Below, in pieces: positions 11,986 through 26,400 of a DNA stretch of 64,000 nucleotides. Where the stretch lies: contig OX638158.1 of assembly GCA_951804945.1 (NCBI GenBank), positions 33,046,001 to 33,110,000 of the forward strand. The letters run 5' to 3'. Source of the stretch: Podarcis cretensis (Eukaryota). Below the pieces are notes generated by a model, which searched no databases, was not told the DNA's origin, and was given only the letters and a program-made list of their open reading frames with translations. The translations under genes and the position numbers were made by a program. How positions within the stretch are numbered: position 1 is the first letter of the stretch; every line of letters begins with the position of its first letter.

Positions 11986-12614
11986 CGTTGTTCCATTACA
12001 TTATTTGAGTATCTCTGTAACAAATCAAAATATGACATAAAAGGAGATGAATCTTTATTGCATTCTTTTAGAACAATACACAGGAGATACAGGAGGCCTG
12101 CAGACAGTAGGGGGAAAATTTAAGGATTATAGTGGCAGATTATAAATGGCAATCAATTTGGCACAACCCATCCCTATGAGTAATCTCTGCTCATCTGTAG
12201 GGGTGGCTTCTCTCAAAATTACCTTTTGCTGGCACTGGGCTCTCTCACCAAAACATAAATTGGTATCTCTCCCCTATGCTGGAAAGGCTGCAGAGAGAGA
12301 GGCTCACATTTTCATGCAAGGTGGAGCTGCATGTTCATATACTTCCTTTTGGGAAAAGATGTTTCACATTATTTCTAAAATTACACACCAACCCCTCACC
12401 CAATTCAGCTCTCAACATATTAGACCCAAATTCAAATAGCCTTAAATGCAGAGATTAAGTATTTGGAAACATTCTACAGAAATTGCCATTGACTTCTGGT
12501 TAAATATTTGGAGTGTGGCTTTATCGGAATGCCTTACTCATCACAGAAGGGTAATTAAAAGCACTTCAGGAATGGACACTTGGTGAGACTTGACTTCCTT
12601 TCTTTCCCTTTATA

Positions 12615-14300
12615 AATGAGACAGAATATACTTTTATTCCACTCTCAACACAAGACTCTCTCTGGAGAGACTACTTCAATTGACAATACGTAAGTAAATG
12701 TATTGCTTGTGTACTATGTACTCACTGCATATGAAACTTAGTAAAAATGTAGCAATGGACAAGTTACTGTAGTTATATGTTCTTGTATTTAAATGAAAAA
12801 CAATAAAAATTATTGGGGAAACATCACTATAAAATACAAAGTAATAAAAACAAACTACGGTAGTTAAAAAAATATAAACAATGGTTTCGTGCTCGACTTT
12901 GCTGATGCAAGGGGACTGAAACAAAAATCAAATCAATTTGAGAAGCCTCATTATTATACTCTCTTAGCTCTGAAGAAAAGCACCTTCTCAACAGTTAACA
13001 GATGGTATTGAATTATATAGCTTCTCTCAATCTAATGGAAACAGTGCCAGTTCAAACTCCAACTCTGTTTATTTGTAAACACAAATGAAGGCCATGTACA
13101 CATTTATATGTGGAGTACCAAATGTATTCATCCAATCACATCTTCAGCAATAAATAATTTTTTGAGCTGTGACTAGACTGGAGCAAGTCTGTGTGGGCAT
13201 GCTAACAGCAAATTCTATAAACATCTTAACCTCCCCAAGTGGAAGCTGCCATTGTAAAAGCAACAGGATGTTGCTGTTCCTCAAAATGCAGATAGTCTGT
13301 TTCATAAAAGGGATATATTATTACAACTGTGTACCTCAAACACAGTGTTACCATCCAGGTAAAAAACAATATATCACCATGCACGTTCCAGATACAATTT
13401 ACCTGACAGAAAGCATGGACATTATCAACAAGCAGTTTAGTTGCGAGGAAGGAGTGGGGAAACACACAGCTACTTCAAGGGACAAAATTGTTATTTTATT
13501 TATTTATTTATTTTATTATTGGTTTGTTGTTTTTTACAATTAAGGATGTGCAGTTAACACCCCACAAGAAAAGCAGAAAAAATCTTATGGAAAAAGAACC
13601 AAGTATACTGAACACATACCAATCAAGTGGTACAGAGATATGGGACTGGTTTTGATTTCAAAGTTTCAATAGAAATTAATAAAAAGGATGAAATGCAACA
13701 GCTGTTCAATTTCAAAGTCTAAATGGGCACTGTAAAAAAACCAAAAACTTTCAATTTCCTCCAGCACACATCCCGTCTAAAACATACTGCCAAACCTAGG
13801 CTCTCAAGAAGCAACTGAGAACACCGTATTATAGAGTTAATTAAAAGCTTTGGGACCCACCCGCCCTCCCGCCTTCCCTAAAAACCACTCAGTGCTGCTG
13901 TTTCGATGGGAGGAAAATTAGAGTAGTTTATAAAGGTTTGAATGCATCCAAGGCAAAGAGCACAATATAGTTTGTTCACTATAACTTGTATTGAAAAAGG
14001 AGAATAAAACATTGAGATCTACGTCTTGGTACATAAAATTGTTGTCTTTTTGAAGAGAGATCTTTGAAAATAATGTTTTACAAGTTTATTGGAAAAGAGA
14101 AAAAAAGGACACTGCTTTAGCTGTCATCAACTGAAAGGGGTCAATTCAGACTTCATTATAACCATTTTTATACACTGTACATCTACCCTAGTTGGATCAG
14201 TGTGTGGAACTGCTCACTGGTGTCCCTTTGAATAACTGTAAACTAAACCACAGTATGCAACTCCATAGGAAGCTAAAGGATCAAGTGAATGTACAGCCAA
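12615..14300 (-). other. LUC7L2: LUC7L2 3'UTR (probable extent) with several AATAAA signals
   Basis: AU-rich and TE-free after the stop; minus-strand AATAAA at 14085-14090, 13068-13073 and 12633-12638. The true end is not determinable from sequence alone. Confidence 0.55.
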
Positions 14301-14499
14301 TTATATTTCTCCTGCTTCACGCTCTTCTGAGCTTCTCCTGTCTTCTGATCTGCCATTAGCACTTTCATAGGAACGCTTCCTGTCTTTGCAATCTCGGTCT
14401 CTAGGTGACTTTTCTCTGGGGCTCCTTTCTTTGTCATGTGATGTTCTGTTACGGTCTCTTGATCGTTCTTGATCTCTGGAAGCTCTTTCTTTTGAGGAT
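14301..14499 (-). CDS. LUC7L2: LUC7L2 exon 10 coding part
   Basis: SSKERASRDQERSRDR...EEREAGEI then TAA at 14301-14303. Confidence 0.95.
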
Positions 14500-17400
14500 C
14501 TGGAAAGAAAATACAATGCATTTGAAAACCGACATTACTTCATTTGGTTTTTAATTTTCTTTTTAATATGAAAGAGACTGGCTGAACAGAACATAAAAGG
14601 GCACAGCAAGAAACTGCTTAACAGAGCTTAAGAAGGCATAGCAAAAAATGTTATGGGGTTAAACTATGATCACTTGCTACATCTGGAATCCACTGCCTTC
14701 TCCTTCCATTCATAATTCTAAAGTTAAGAGGAAGAGACAAACTGTTGCTGCTGGTCAATTTTCATGTAATCAAAGTCAATATTATTACTGGTCAACTGAT
14801 GTAACTATGCTGCAATTAGAGCAAAAGCATTTCTTGGATAAGTCAAGCCACGGGCTAGTTCACAAGTAATGCTAAATAAGGGTTTAAGCCATAATTTAAT
14901 GAACAGGTTCACCACAAATTGTCCCAGAGAAGATAAAAAATCCCAGCTTGTTTCACAAACTTGGATCTCTAGTTGCTGTTGAACTACAACTCCCATGATT
15001 CCTGCTATCTAGGGATCATGGGAGTTGTAGTCCAGCAATAGCTGGAGATCCAAGTCTAAGAAACACTGCAACAAAACAAACCATAGTTGAGATGCTGGGC
15101 AGTTTGAATGATCAAACAAGTCATGGTTTAAACCATGATTTACCATTATGTGCAAGCCAGGCCAATGTTCTCATCACTTGACTTGTTAGGACGATAAGAG
15201 CTTGCACATTGGTAGAAGGGTACAGGTTCCAAGCATCCAATGCCAACAGATTATTTCTATATAATTCCAGCAACATATGTGCTTCCAACAGCTACAAACT
15301 AAGGTGATCTGTACTACTGCAAGTTCTTTTATCTTACATTGTGTTGACCTATGGTTATTAAAAAACAACTTGAACTTAGAGACAATATCTGTCCAAGGAA
15401 CATACAGTCTAAACTCTGACAGTAAAAGAAACAAAGCAATAAAGTCAAAGGTTTCAAATGAAAAGATGCTTTTGAGAAAGCATTTGAATAAAGTTCAAGT
15501 GGTGGCACTATCTAGATATTACAAAAATGAGCTCTACACATAAGCATGTGGAAATGACTGATATCCTGGTGGTAGGTCCTGGAAAGAAGGGCAGAAACAC
15601 TGTTATTTTAACAAATTAAATACAACTTTCCCCCATCACAAAAGTTTCTCAAAGCAGTTTACAAATATAAATGCAAACATAAACACAATAATCCAACCAT
15701 TAAAAATACAAATTATCAAACTAGTGCCCATGACAAAGGACTTGTACCTCATTTAAGAATAAACTAACTACCATCAAAGACAGAATAATGTTTCTACCAA
15801 CTTTTTTGCACATAAACTAGTAAAATTGAGGACATTAACTGCTCCTCTGGCTGACCTAAATGTTACCTTTTTTTAGAACTGCGTTCTCTGCTCCTGTCCC
15901 GGGAGCTATGCCTGCTTCTCTGGTGGCTGCGGCTCCTGCTGCGACTGGTGGAACGAGACCTGTGACGGTGACGTTTCTCACGGGATCTGGAGCGAGTTCT
16001 TTTCTTACGGTCACGTGAGGAAGAACGAGATCGATGTCTACGACGATCTCGGGATCTTGACCTGAAAAGAGATTTATAGTTGATGAGCAAGAACCACCAG
16101 CAAATTCATTAACAGAACCTACAGGGTCACCACTCTCTTACTGTACTGCACAGGAGTTTGCAAGTTTAGGAGTTTAGCAGAACTCTTTGAAGATGAAAAG
16201 CCTTGTAGCTGTTCTGAACTACTGCTAAGAATAACTACCTACGTTGTGTGATGGCAGCAAGGCAGAAGCACTCTATATCAATGCTAGGACATGCCATGCA
16301 GGAATCTGGAACTTCTGGACCTAAAATACCAAAAACAAAGGCAACAAACTCCCTGCTTATTGACAACAGGCAGGTGCCTTCTCTATATTCCTTTTGATGC
16401 CTGCTTATAAAATATTTGTTTAGGCAAGCCTATCCAGACATACAGAAGTTACATATGTTTTATTTCTTCTTATCAAGTGCTGGTTTTAATCTTTTTAGTT
16501 CCTCCCAGTTCCTGTTTAACTGTTTTTAATAGATAACTTTAATAGTTTTAAAAAAAATATCACTGTAAACTTCAGAGGTTTTTACCCTCCTTTACAAACA
16601 AGCAGTATATATATAGTGAGTTAAATATATATATATATATATAATATGATCAGTTTAAATAAACATTTCCATTGGCTTGAAAAAGGAGCCAATTCAATCT
16701 CTCACCCTGTATCTTAAGCCTCGAATGATTGTTCAATAGCTAATAACAATATGGCCCACAGCCACAGTGAATCCAGTAACATCTGAAGCGACTCATGAAA
16801 TTCCAATTCTACAGAAGACCTACATAATCTTTGGTTAACTAAAGAGGATCAACTGAGATTTCTAGCACCAATTTACACATTAATAAGCAGGACCAAAGAT
16901 GCTAATTTCCCAGCAACTAATGAAGCGGAACAGCACTATATACAAAATAAGATCCAGTGAGATTTCTCTGTAGTTGGGGGATGAATCACTTGAGATTGTG
17001 AATGTATCTGCTAGAGTCAACAACTGAAACTTCATTTTTGTGCAGGGAATTAGGCCTGTGTTTGTAATCTCCACATAGATTATATTATTATTTATTAATG
17101 GTTCTGTTTGTGAAAATTTACAAGAAAAAGGAATTATAACCTACCTTTTAGGGTTCTTGCTATGAGATCGAGATCTGAAAAAAATGCAAAATACAGGTAA
17201 ATTTTTATGTTGTGAAGTCAAAATACAAAGTATACTATTTGGAAGTTTGTATCATTGAAGTGATGCATTTTGCATGCAAGTGCACAGCTAATGCTCAGCA
17301 GCAATACAAAATCCAGGTCAACGCCAGCTCCAATGCCAAAAAGATGCATGTACCAGCTATTTTTCATTGTTAATGAAAACTAAAATTGTTGTCTTTCCAA

Positions 17401-20400
17401 GTATATAAGCTTTTAAAATCAATTATTTGCTATAAATATGAAATCTATGGGGAACATATGAAAATTAATGCTTCTTGAACAACTATTAAGCTCTGTATTC
17501 CCTTTGTGGGTATGTCTTGTTAACTGAAATTAAATAGCAATAAAAGTATTTATTAAAAAGAAGGTTAATGTTTAAATGGATAAATCTTTGTCCAAGGGAA
17601 ATAGCTAGACTTTTGTTATCCCTGTGAAAAGTCAAATGTTGAAACAGGCTGCAAGAATTTCCATTTTTCAAGCACCAGTATGATGCTTAGCTGTTCCATT
17701 TGGCTTTCAGTCCCCGTCCCCCGTCCCCCTGCAGGTTTGTAGTTATGAGACCACTTTCTATTTTGTATACTTTTTCAGAAATTTTGTAACACCACTGAGA
17801 GCAAAAAACTCTCTCAATGTCTTTCAAAATCAGTAGCACAAAAATATTTAAAAGTATAAAACTATTCTGAAATTTTATGAAAACAAAACAGCTCGTTAAC
17901 AAGAGCAGATTTTTACCTCCTTAGCTTTTCCCTTTCTTCCTTCTCTCTTTCTTCCCTACGCTTTAGACGTTCTTGGTTTCGTTTCTCTTGCTTATCAGCC
18001 ACAATTCTCTGAAAAACAAAGACAAAGTTGGAGAGACTGATAGGCACATCTATTTCTCTTGTCAATATACCAGGAAAGCTCAAATGAAGGTGAAAGAAAG
18101 ATACAATAATCACCCAAAGATATTTTAATCAGTTAGTGGACACTTACAAATATTTAAATTATTTTGCTTAATGTTGAGTTCTCTTTTTCTGTGTAGACCA
18201 ATATTTAAAATTTTTGATCCAGAAGCTCTGTGCACTGCATTTATTGTGAGAGGTTATAGTAGACCACAAGCTTAACTTGAGTCAACAGTGCAATGCTGCA
18301 GCAAAGAAAAGCTAATGGTATTCAAGCTGCATCAGGCTGCTGTAGTATAATGTTCTGAGATCAAGAGAAATAATAGTATCACTCTGTTCTGCCTTATTCA
18401 GACAGCACTTAAGAGTAATGTGTCCAGTTCTGGACACACAATTTAAGAAGGATATTGACAAGCTAGAATTTGTGCAGAGGAGGGCAACCAAGATGATAAA
18501 GGGTCTGGAAACCAAGCCTTAAAAGAAACAGTTGAGGAAGTTGAGTATGTTTAGCCTGTTAAAGAGGAGAGTGAGAGTAGATATGATAACCATCTTCAAA
18601 TATTTAAAGGGCTGTCACAAGTAGTGATGTGAGGTTAGAATATTCTCTGCTAGAAAATTCTCCACAAACTGTAAATTCTAACGTAAAAAGCAGTTTTACA
18701 ACCCACATTTTAAAAAATCTAGTAATTAATAAGTCAAGCTATGATATTGCCAGTGTAAGTAATGAATAATGATTTTTTTTGATCCAGTTACATTACTGGG
18801 CATTGTGTTATTCCCCACTGGCAGTTCTGAAATGTCAGCTACAGAAAACATTTTTTTTTTTAGTATTAAAAATGCTATTCATTTAATTTGATGAACATTT
18901 GAATTTGTATGTATTTCAACTATATGTAATAGCCTCCCCCCCCCTATTTTTGTGTGACCTTATTCTTAGCAATTCTATACCCTTGGCCATACAGTGTAAA
19001 TTTTTTTTACAGAAAGTAGCTTTAATGCTTTATACACTTAAAGTACCGAGGCCTATACAATCAATTTCAAGTTTGGTGCAAACAAATCAAAGAATGTGAA
19101 TTCACTGCATTGCCACATTGAATAAAATATCTGTACAGTTTTTGGTTGCCATCTGAACAAGTTTACCCATGAATAGACATGTATATTAACTAATTATATC
19201 ATTTTCTATGCATTAAAATGAATATTCTCCTATTTTAAATGAAAATTCTCTAATTAATTGAGAATGTTCTTGAGGATATTCTCCAAAAGAGTATTCTCAA
19301 AAATTTTAACATCACTAGTCACAAGCTTATTTCTTCCTGCTCCAGAGGCTGGGCTCGAACCAATGGATTCAAGTTACAGGAAAATAGATTTCAAGTAAGT
19401 ATCAAGAACCTTCTGATGGTTAAGAGATGTTTGGCAGTGGAATGGACTCCCTGGGGAAGATGGTGGAATCTCCTTCCTTGGAGATCTTTAAGCAGAGGTT
19501 GGAAGGCCATTTCTCATGTACAGTGTTAGACACTGAGATATGAAAGCCAGGAATGAAATGGCACCTTAAACCTAGGTTATGAGCGAAAGAACAGAATATC
19601 CAGACACGCTTTTTTATAACAAGAATACGAAGCTGAAAATGAATAAACTGCAGCTAAAATACTATGTTCACTTTTCACATGGTCAAGTCCTTCCCCTGCC
19701 CACCCCCCTAATATTCTTAAGAGGGTCTCTTCTCCAGTCTTCAGAGAGTAGCAGTGTAGTAAAGTTGGTACTGTTAGAAATTATTCTTTGGTCAAGTAAA
19801 AGGAGTGAAGCCTTGTGGGAGTTTCATCGGCCACAAGGACCCTGGGAAAGAGGTTGTGTATCTTAAAACTCCAGACTAGCAGGCTCCTTGGCGTGAAAGG
19901 TTTATTGGGATGAAGGAAGCCTTGATTTAATGAAAGGGCTGACACCTGGGTCTAAGAGTGTGAATATCCCCCCCCCCCAATGATGTTATCTGTCCTTGAA
20001 TGGCTTGGGAATGTATATCTGCAAGGTTTCCGTGGAAGGGAGGAAACCCTTTGATTTGAGTTCTGGATTCTAAATTGACCCAGCTGCCAAGGGGTAGATT
20101 GATTGACTAGCAAGCCGGTCATTGGTGCGTTTAAATATTAATTAAGACTTATGATTGGCTTGAGAGTTACGACGCAAAGTGCGAATTGTGAATAAAAGAT
20201 CAGGGGATTGTTTGAGAAGTTGCTCTCTGCCTTTGCTCACTGCAATCTGCAAAGACGCCCGGCTGTTGATGTTCCACCTAATAGCCGTCGTTTCGTCTTT
20301 TGAAATGGAGATCTACGAAAGCCTTCAATTTGCGGACTCGTGAAAAGAACTCTGACTATCCTATTTGTGTTTGACTTTGTGAGTATGTAAATTAGTTAGA

Positions 20401-23400
20401 CTATGCAATGTTTTTATTTTTCTTATCTGTAATTTTCAAAAGATGTGCCTGCTTCTTTTAGCATGTTTACAAGTGTTATTTTAAAATAAACTTTTAAGAA
20501 AGAAACTGTTTTAGTTTGTGTGCCTTCCCGGGGGAATAGCTAAGTCCTAGCCTTACGCTTGGTTACGCTCTACTGTAGAATTTCTGTCTGCAAGTCTGTG
20601 GAAACAACTTGTAGAGGGGGATAGCCAGTGATAACGGGTCACAGCCTTCTCCCTGGGTTGTGGTTCTGGGTCCCCTGGAACAGAGGGAGTGGTGGCAGCC
20701 CTACCGGGTCGATTTCGTTCTGTTTTGCAAAAAGTAATGTACCTGCCAACCCTGCCCTAGGAGACCTAGTCTGGCCGGAGAGCAGAGACAGGCAAGGGAG
20801 GGGCAAGCGGTCAGGGGCCGACATTACTACAAGCAGTGTAATCTGAAATGTTAGGCGCAGTACTGCACCGAGCTCAGAAACTGCTTGTGCTAATGAAATT
20901 TCCTGTTGCAAAATGCACCTAGCTGAACACTGAATCACAGGGAGTTGGAACAGATGACCCTTGGCGTTCCTTCCAACTGTACAATCCTATGATTCTATGA
21001 TTATTTCATAAATTTATTAGTTGCATCACCTACTTAAGAGCACCTGGAGTTATGCAAACCCATATTAAGCATGATATGATATCCAACTAAATCATATTCA
21101 GAATAGATCTATTAAAATTAATGTACTTATGTAGTATTTATTTACCCTGAGTTCTTCAAGCTTCTCTCTTATTTCAATAAAGCCCAAGTGCAATTTTCCT
21201 CCGAAGTGATCAGCAAGCCGCCTGTCATTATCATGTAGACCAAGATATGCTGAGCATACTTCACAAACTCGAAGCTTCTGTTGCTGAAAGCTGGAAGCAG
21301 GCATGGAATTCCTGTACACTTCCTGCAAAGACATCACAATATTTATCTCAAATGCATGAATAAAACATATTCTTGGTAAGTATATAATGTGCCTTCTCTA
21401 GATAGAAAGCCAGCATTTCCATTCCTTAATAAAGGACAGGTGATGAATTAGGCCAGTACTATGCACAAGCTCCAGCTTAAACTTTCCTTAATATAAATTT
21501 TATTTTTCATTTTTTAAAATTTCCCAACCTACAGTTTCAAGCCTGCAGCTTTAGATTTAAAGCGTTCCACCCTTTTACAGAGCGTATTCATGTGCACAAA
21601 CAAAAACTTTGCTTGTTATTCACTTGGCTGCTGCACACTTCCTGGATAAAACTGATGCCAAATGGCAGAGGCAACAATAGCCATTATTTTTAACAAGTTA
21701 GACTTGCACAAAATGTGGCAATGTATCCTCCTCTCTTAGTGCTTCTGTATAGGGTTCCAGCCGTTCCCGACTTCACTGTACTATAAATTGCAAAAGGCTC
21801 AAACAGGCCAACTGTGCATCTGCATTGGAATTTTTTTAAAAAGATGTTTTAATTGTTTCATCATTTGTGTCATTTGCTGCCCTAGGAGACATTGGAAGGG
21901 TGGAATATACATTATTTTTTTATAAATAAATAAGTTAATAATTTGCCTCTTACCAGTTTTTCGATTTCCAACTAATACACAGCATTGTTTGGCTGCCAAA
22001 GACCACTGACAAAATCTCAGTGGGTCAGGGCTTTTTTTGGGAGGAGGGTTGGCCCTCTTATGTGTTCTTAGCTACTTTTAAGCTTTTCTTTGCAAACACA
22101 CATCCTTTCTCAGCAGCTCTGTTTGCTTCGAGGCCTGTTACCATGGGGTCATTGGGTTGAAAATTAGAATGTGTGTTTGGTTTGCCAAGATCAGAATAAC
22201 TTGCTGATTATCTGCCCAGTGTGATACCCCTTGGTGTAGGGAAGGGAAGGGCAGAAAAACTTGAAGGAACTGCCAGTGTAGAATAGGTGTATTGTCTGTA
22301 AGCGAAACAATAATGGAGAAATAAACTTTGATTTTAAAACAGATTAAAGAAACTGCTTGGTATGAGCATGGGGGCAGGAGGAGAAAAAGACATAAATAGA
22401 ATGTAATTATAAGCATTTCCAGTTAAAAAGCTGGAAAACGATGAACTGACACTGCTGATGAAATTACATTTGTTTCTATACATAAGCCAGGACTGGGAGT
22501 TCACAAACGCAGCTTAGAAGCCAGCCAATATAATAATAACAACTTTATATAGCACAATTTAGGCACATGGTGCTTTCCTACCATAAGGAGATTACTATCT
22601 AAAATTGGCACAGGAAGAGGGGGGGGGGACAGACAGTAGGAATAAGTAGGCGTCTGGAGAAAAAGGTTAGAAGGGAAACTGGGTGGTAACTGGAGGTACC
22701 CAGCATCGCAGAAGGAAAGAAATTGCATGAGTCCCCTCATGCTATTTTCTCCTTCTGCAGTACATAATAAGAAGTGAAATCAGCTAGAAATAAAATCCCA
22801 ACTCTTAAATTCATATATAGATTTATTTGATATTTTGGGACAACAGATGAAGTTGTAACCATCTAAGACTTCTCTATATGCTAATGTTGTGAATTAACTT
22901 ATTGATAAACAATACAGACTGAAAGCTTGGGACCAGTGTTTTAACCATGATTTTCAAATACTGTACTAAATTGAACCACTAAATAATGCAATTTCAGATT
23001 ACCTCTGCTTCTCTTTTCTTTGCCCTTGCTTTCTCCACTTCATCCATTACTTTCTGAGATTCTTCCACATTTCCATCAGCTCCAAGTTGTTCCACCTTTG
23101 CAAGCAGCTTTCCAATTTCCTCATTCAATTCATGGACTCTTTCAGCCTTTAAGATGGGAGAAAATGTAAGACTTACAGTTACACAAGAATTCAATAATGC
23201 ACAAAAAATCATTTTAATATAAACCCACAAGTAGGACCTACAACAAAATGTGACAGTATGGAGCACTTCTGTTAAGGATTCCAGCTGGCTAGCCAATCAT
23301 GCTCTCTTCCAGGACTCTCCATACCCCCTCATACCCTGGTTTTACACACACAGCAACAATAAATCAGCATTCTGTGGCCAAAGCACATAATCTGTCCTCA

Positions 23401-26400
23401 CTGGGCAGGTTCTGGCATTTTTCTGGTCCCTGCCCCCCTCCCCCACCCAAGATTTAGGAAAACCCAGCTAAGTTATCTATGAACAAAAATGGGCTGCTGG
23501 CCTCTCATTTCTTGAGCCATATAACTTTTAGAAAGATCATTATGAGATAAAAGGTTTAACTACACTTAAAAAATGAAGAATGGTAGCCCAAAACTTCAGT
23601 ATGCATTACATTCACTGTAATTTATTAGTCCATGGTATTTTCCCAGTAAAACAAAACAAAAACCCACTGACATTTACACAAGTATAAAATGGGGAAGGGC
23701 CCTATCTCAATGTCAGAACAACTGCTTTGCATGCAGAAGGTTCAGTCCCCAGCATCTCTAGGTGGAATTAGGAGAAAACCTTGTCTGAAATCATGGAGAG
23801 CCACTGATAGTGTAAATGATACTTAGCTAGATGGTCCAATGGTCTTTGTCAGCACGAGACAACTGCCTAAGTTCCTTCCCAATAACAAAAACCACCTAAT
23901 GTTCCTTCCTTGTACCAAAGTTAGATATATGTAACTCCCTCAATAATTAAGATGACTATGGCATAGGAGTGGGTATTATTTGAACAAAAGAAAAATATTC
24001 TCTTGTCCTCTAAGGCAGATCTTTTTTCAGTTAAGAAAAGAGCCACTGAATTCCTAATTCTTACAAGCAGGAAAAAAGGTTCTCAAAGTCTGCTCTTGCA
24101 TTTTGAGTTCCCTGAACTTTCTTTCAAAACCTCTGAATTCATTTCAGTTCAATTCAAGAAAGCTTGCAATACATAGAAAACATAAAATGCTAAAATCAGG
24201 AGAGCCCAGAGAATTGGCTCCAACTCAGAGAAGCTTAAACTAAAACCTGTGCTCAATCACAAACTCTCTGCATGGCCCTGTCAACAGCTAAATGGACTTT
24301 TAATAACCTCAGAGCGTTGCTAAAATGATTTAAGGAGATTGGTAGGGTGATTACCGTGATTTTTTTGCACATTAAAGAGTTACTGTAGAAATAATGGTTT
24401 AACAAATCAAGCTAGAATAATTATGGAGTGACTTGTAGCGTGGGAGTCTTAAATGCTTACTTTGGCTGCAACTTCAGCACTGATTTCTTCTTGGGTTTCA
24501 GCCAGTCTTTTCTTTGCCACTTCAGTTCTTCGATCACAATCAGCAATGAATGACTGTAGATGATCCATTGCCTAATACATTTAAAAAAAACCAATCTAAG
24601 GCATCAATCAAAGGAATATCACTGCCAGAAATAAGCATTTTTAAAAAATAAGGCTAGCATTGCTATACTGACTGCTGGTTCAACCTTAAAATGTGCTTGG
24701 GTTTTTGTATTTCATTCAAGTTCTAAAGTTTATTATTTGCATAACTCACCCTCTAGACTTCCTGGGAGATTTTAAAGCAAATGAAACTCAGACCACATTT
24801 AAATGCATTGCTTTCAATGCAACAAGCAACAAGTGCACTAGATCTTTAACACTCTACCATTCCCTTTCAGATCACATAGTGGGCCATTTCAAAAGGTAAA
24901 ATTAGATGGTACAATCATATTGGATTGAAACACATCTGCAACTGTATTTGAACTGGCAAGGAGAGTTGTTAAAGTGAGAAAGTAATATGTATATGGAATT
25001 CACATAACAAGGAGTAATACCCTAGCTTCCCACTGCACAAATGTTACAAGAATAAAGCTTCTTCTTACACACTATTGGTACTGCAGGAAGTGGAGCTATT
25101 GGTACTGTGGGATGTGGAGCGAAGAAATGACACCTACCATGTCTTCATTTAAAAAAGGGTTGTGTACTCCTAGTGTGTGTCAAAGGTACAAAGGCAAATG
25201 CTATTGTGAGAGAGACAGTTTGGAGGTGGAGGGTGAGGAATAGCAACGACCCCTCCCACTCTTAATAACTGTCAAATGTTATGAATTCCGTATTGAGGAT
25301 ATGGAACTATAAACATTTCACAACACTTCATGTACTGGTCAAATAATTCTGCAAAAGCTGCCACTTAGTTACTAGGATTCTTTATAGAATTAAAAGTTTT
25401 TAAAAACGCAACTGCACTGTGCACTTGTCTCATTCCTTCCCCATTCTCCCTTCTCTAGCTTTTATTAGATAGAAATAGCTTCAAAATAAAACATACGTCA
25501 AGCTCAAAGAAAAAGTCTTGTTCTTTGGATGCAATTTCATAATCGGCTCTTAATGCCAAGTCGTGCACCTTCAGACATTCTCCAAGGTCCATCCTCTGAA
25601 AATAAATGCAAAATTTTACACAGAAACACTGGATACACAGTGGGTTAAAACCATATTCTACTTCAATATTGTGAAGCAAACAGTGTTTGTGCAAGCTTTA
25701 AAAACAATACAATATTTGAAATAATTAGCATACCAGATTTGTTATAAGTGATCGAAACCAGTCTGCACTGAAGCATCAATGAACCTCAGTATAACCATAC
25801 TCAAAAACTAGAGCAAAAGGTATTTGTTTGAACCTCACCCAAACAGCTCTGCAGTCTTAGCAGCATTTCTAATAATATTTTAAAAGTAGAAAATCCTAAG
25901 TACATTTCCCCACCTATCCTTGTATATTTTTTCCTGATAAATTAGCAGATGCAAATTAAGAGACAAAAGGTGTGTGTATGCCTGGTGTGGAAAACCTCAG
26001 GCTGGGTGATGTGTACAAATATGCCCCTCCAGGGCTCTCCCTAGGCTACACCACATATGACCCTGCTGTGTCCCTTTCTCAACTACTTTGCTTTGCTGGA
26101 ATGTCTCCTTGTGATAATGCCTCTTGCTTAATTTGATGGCAGGAGGTTACAAATTCTAATTAAAACCACAATGCAATTAAAAAATAACAATAAAACAATC
26201 CAATTTCAAAAACTAAAGCCAGCAGCAGTTTAAAGCTATTTGTAGCAGGACAACTGTTACATGAGAACGTGGGCCTCTGGTTTGTATCTCTCCCAAAAAC
26301 CACAAGTGGAAGCCAAATTTTTATTTTAATGCTGGCCATGTAAAATGTAAGGCAGGCCAGTATATGTAAGTCGAAGGGACACACACACACACTGTCTCTT

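Larger units (their letters stand above)
18255..21003 (+). mobile_element. CR1 LINE 3' fragment split into three pieces (about 18255-18621, 19318-19521, 20913-21003) by two later insertions
   Basis: The pieces are collinear with the uninterrupted CR1 copies at 8820-9271 and 35570-36045; ends in ATTCTATGATT. Confidence 0.8.
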
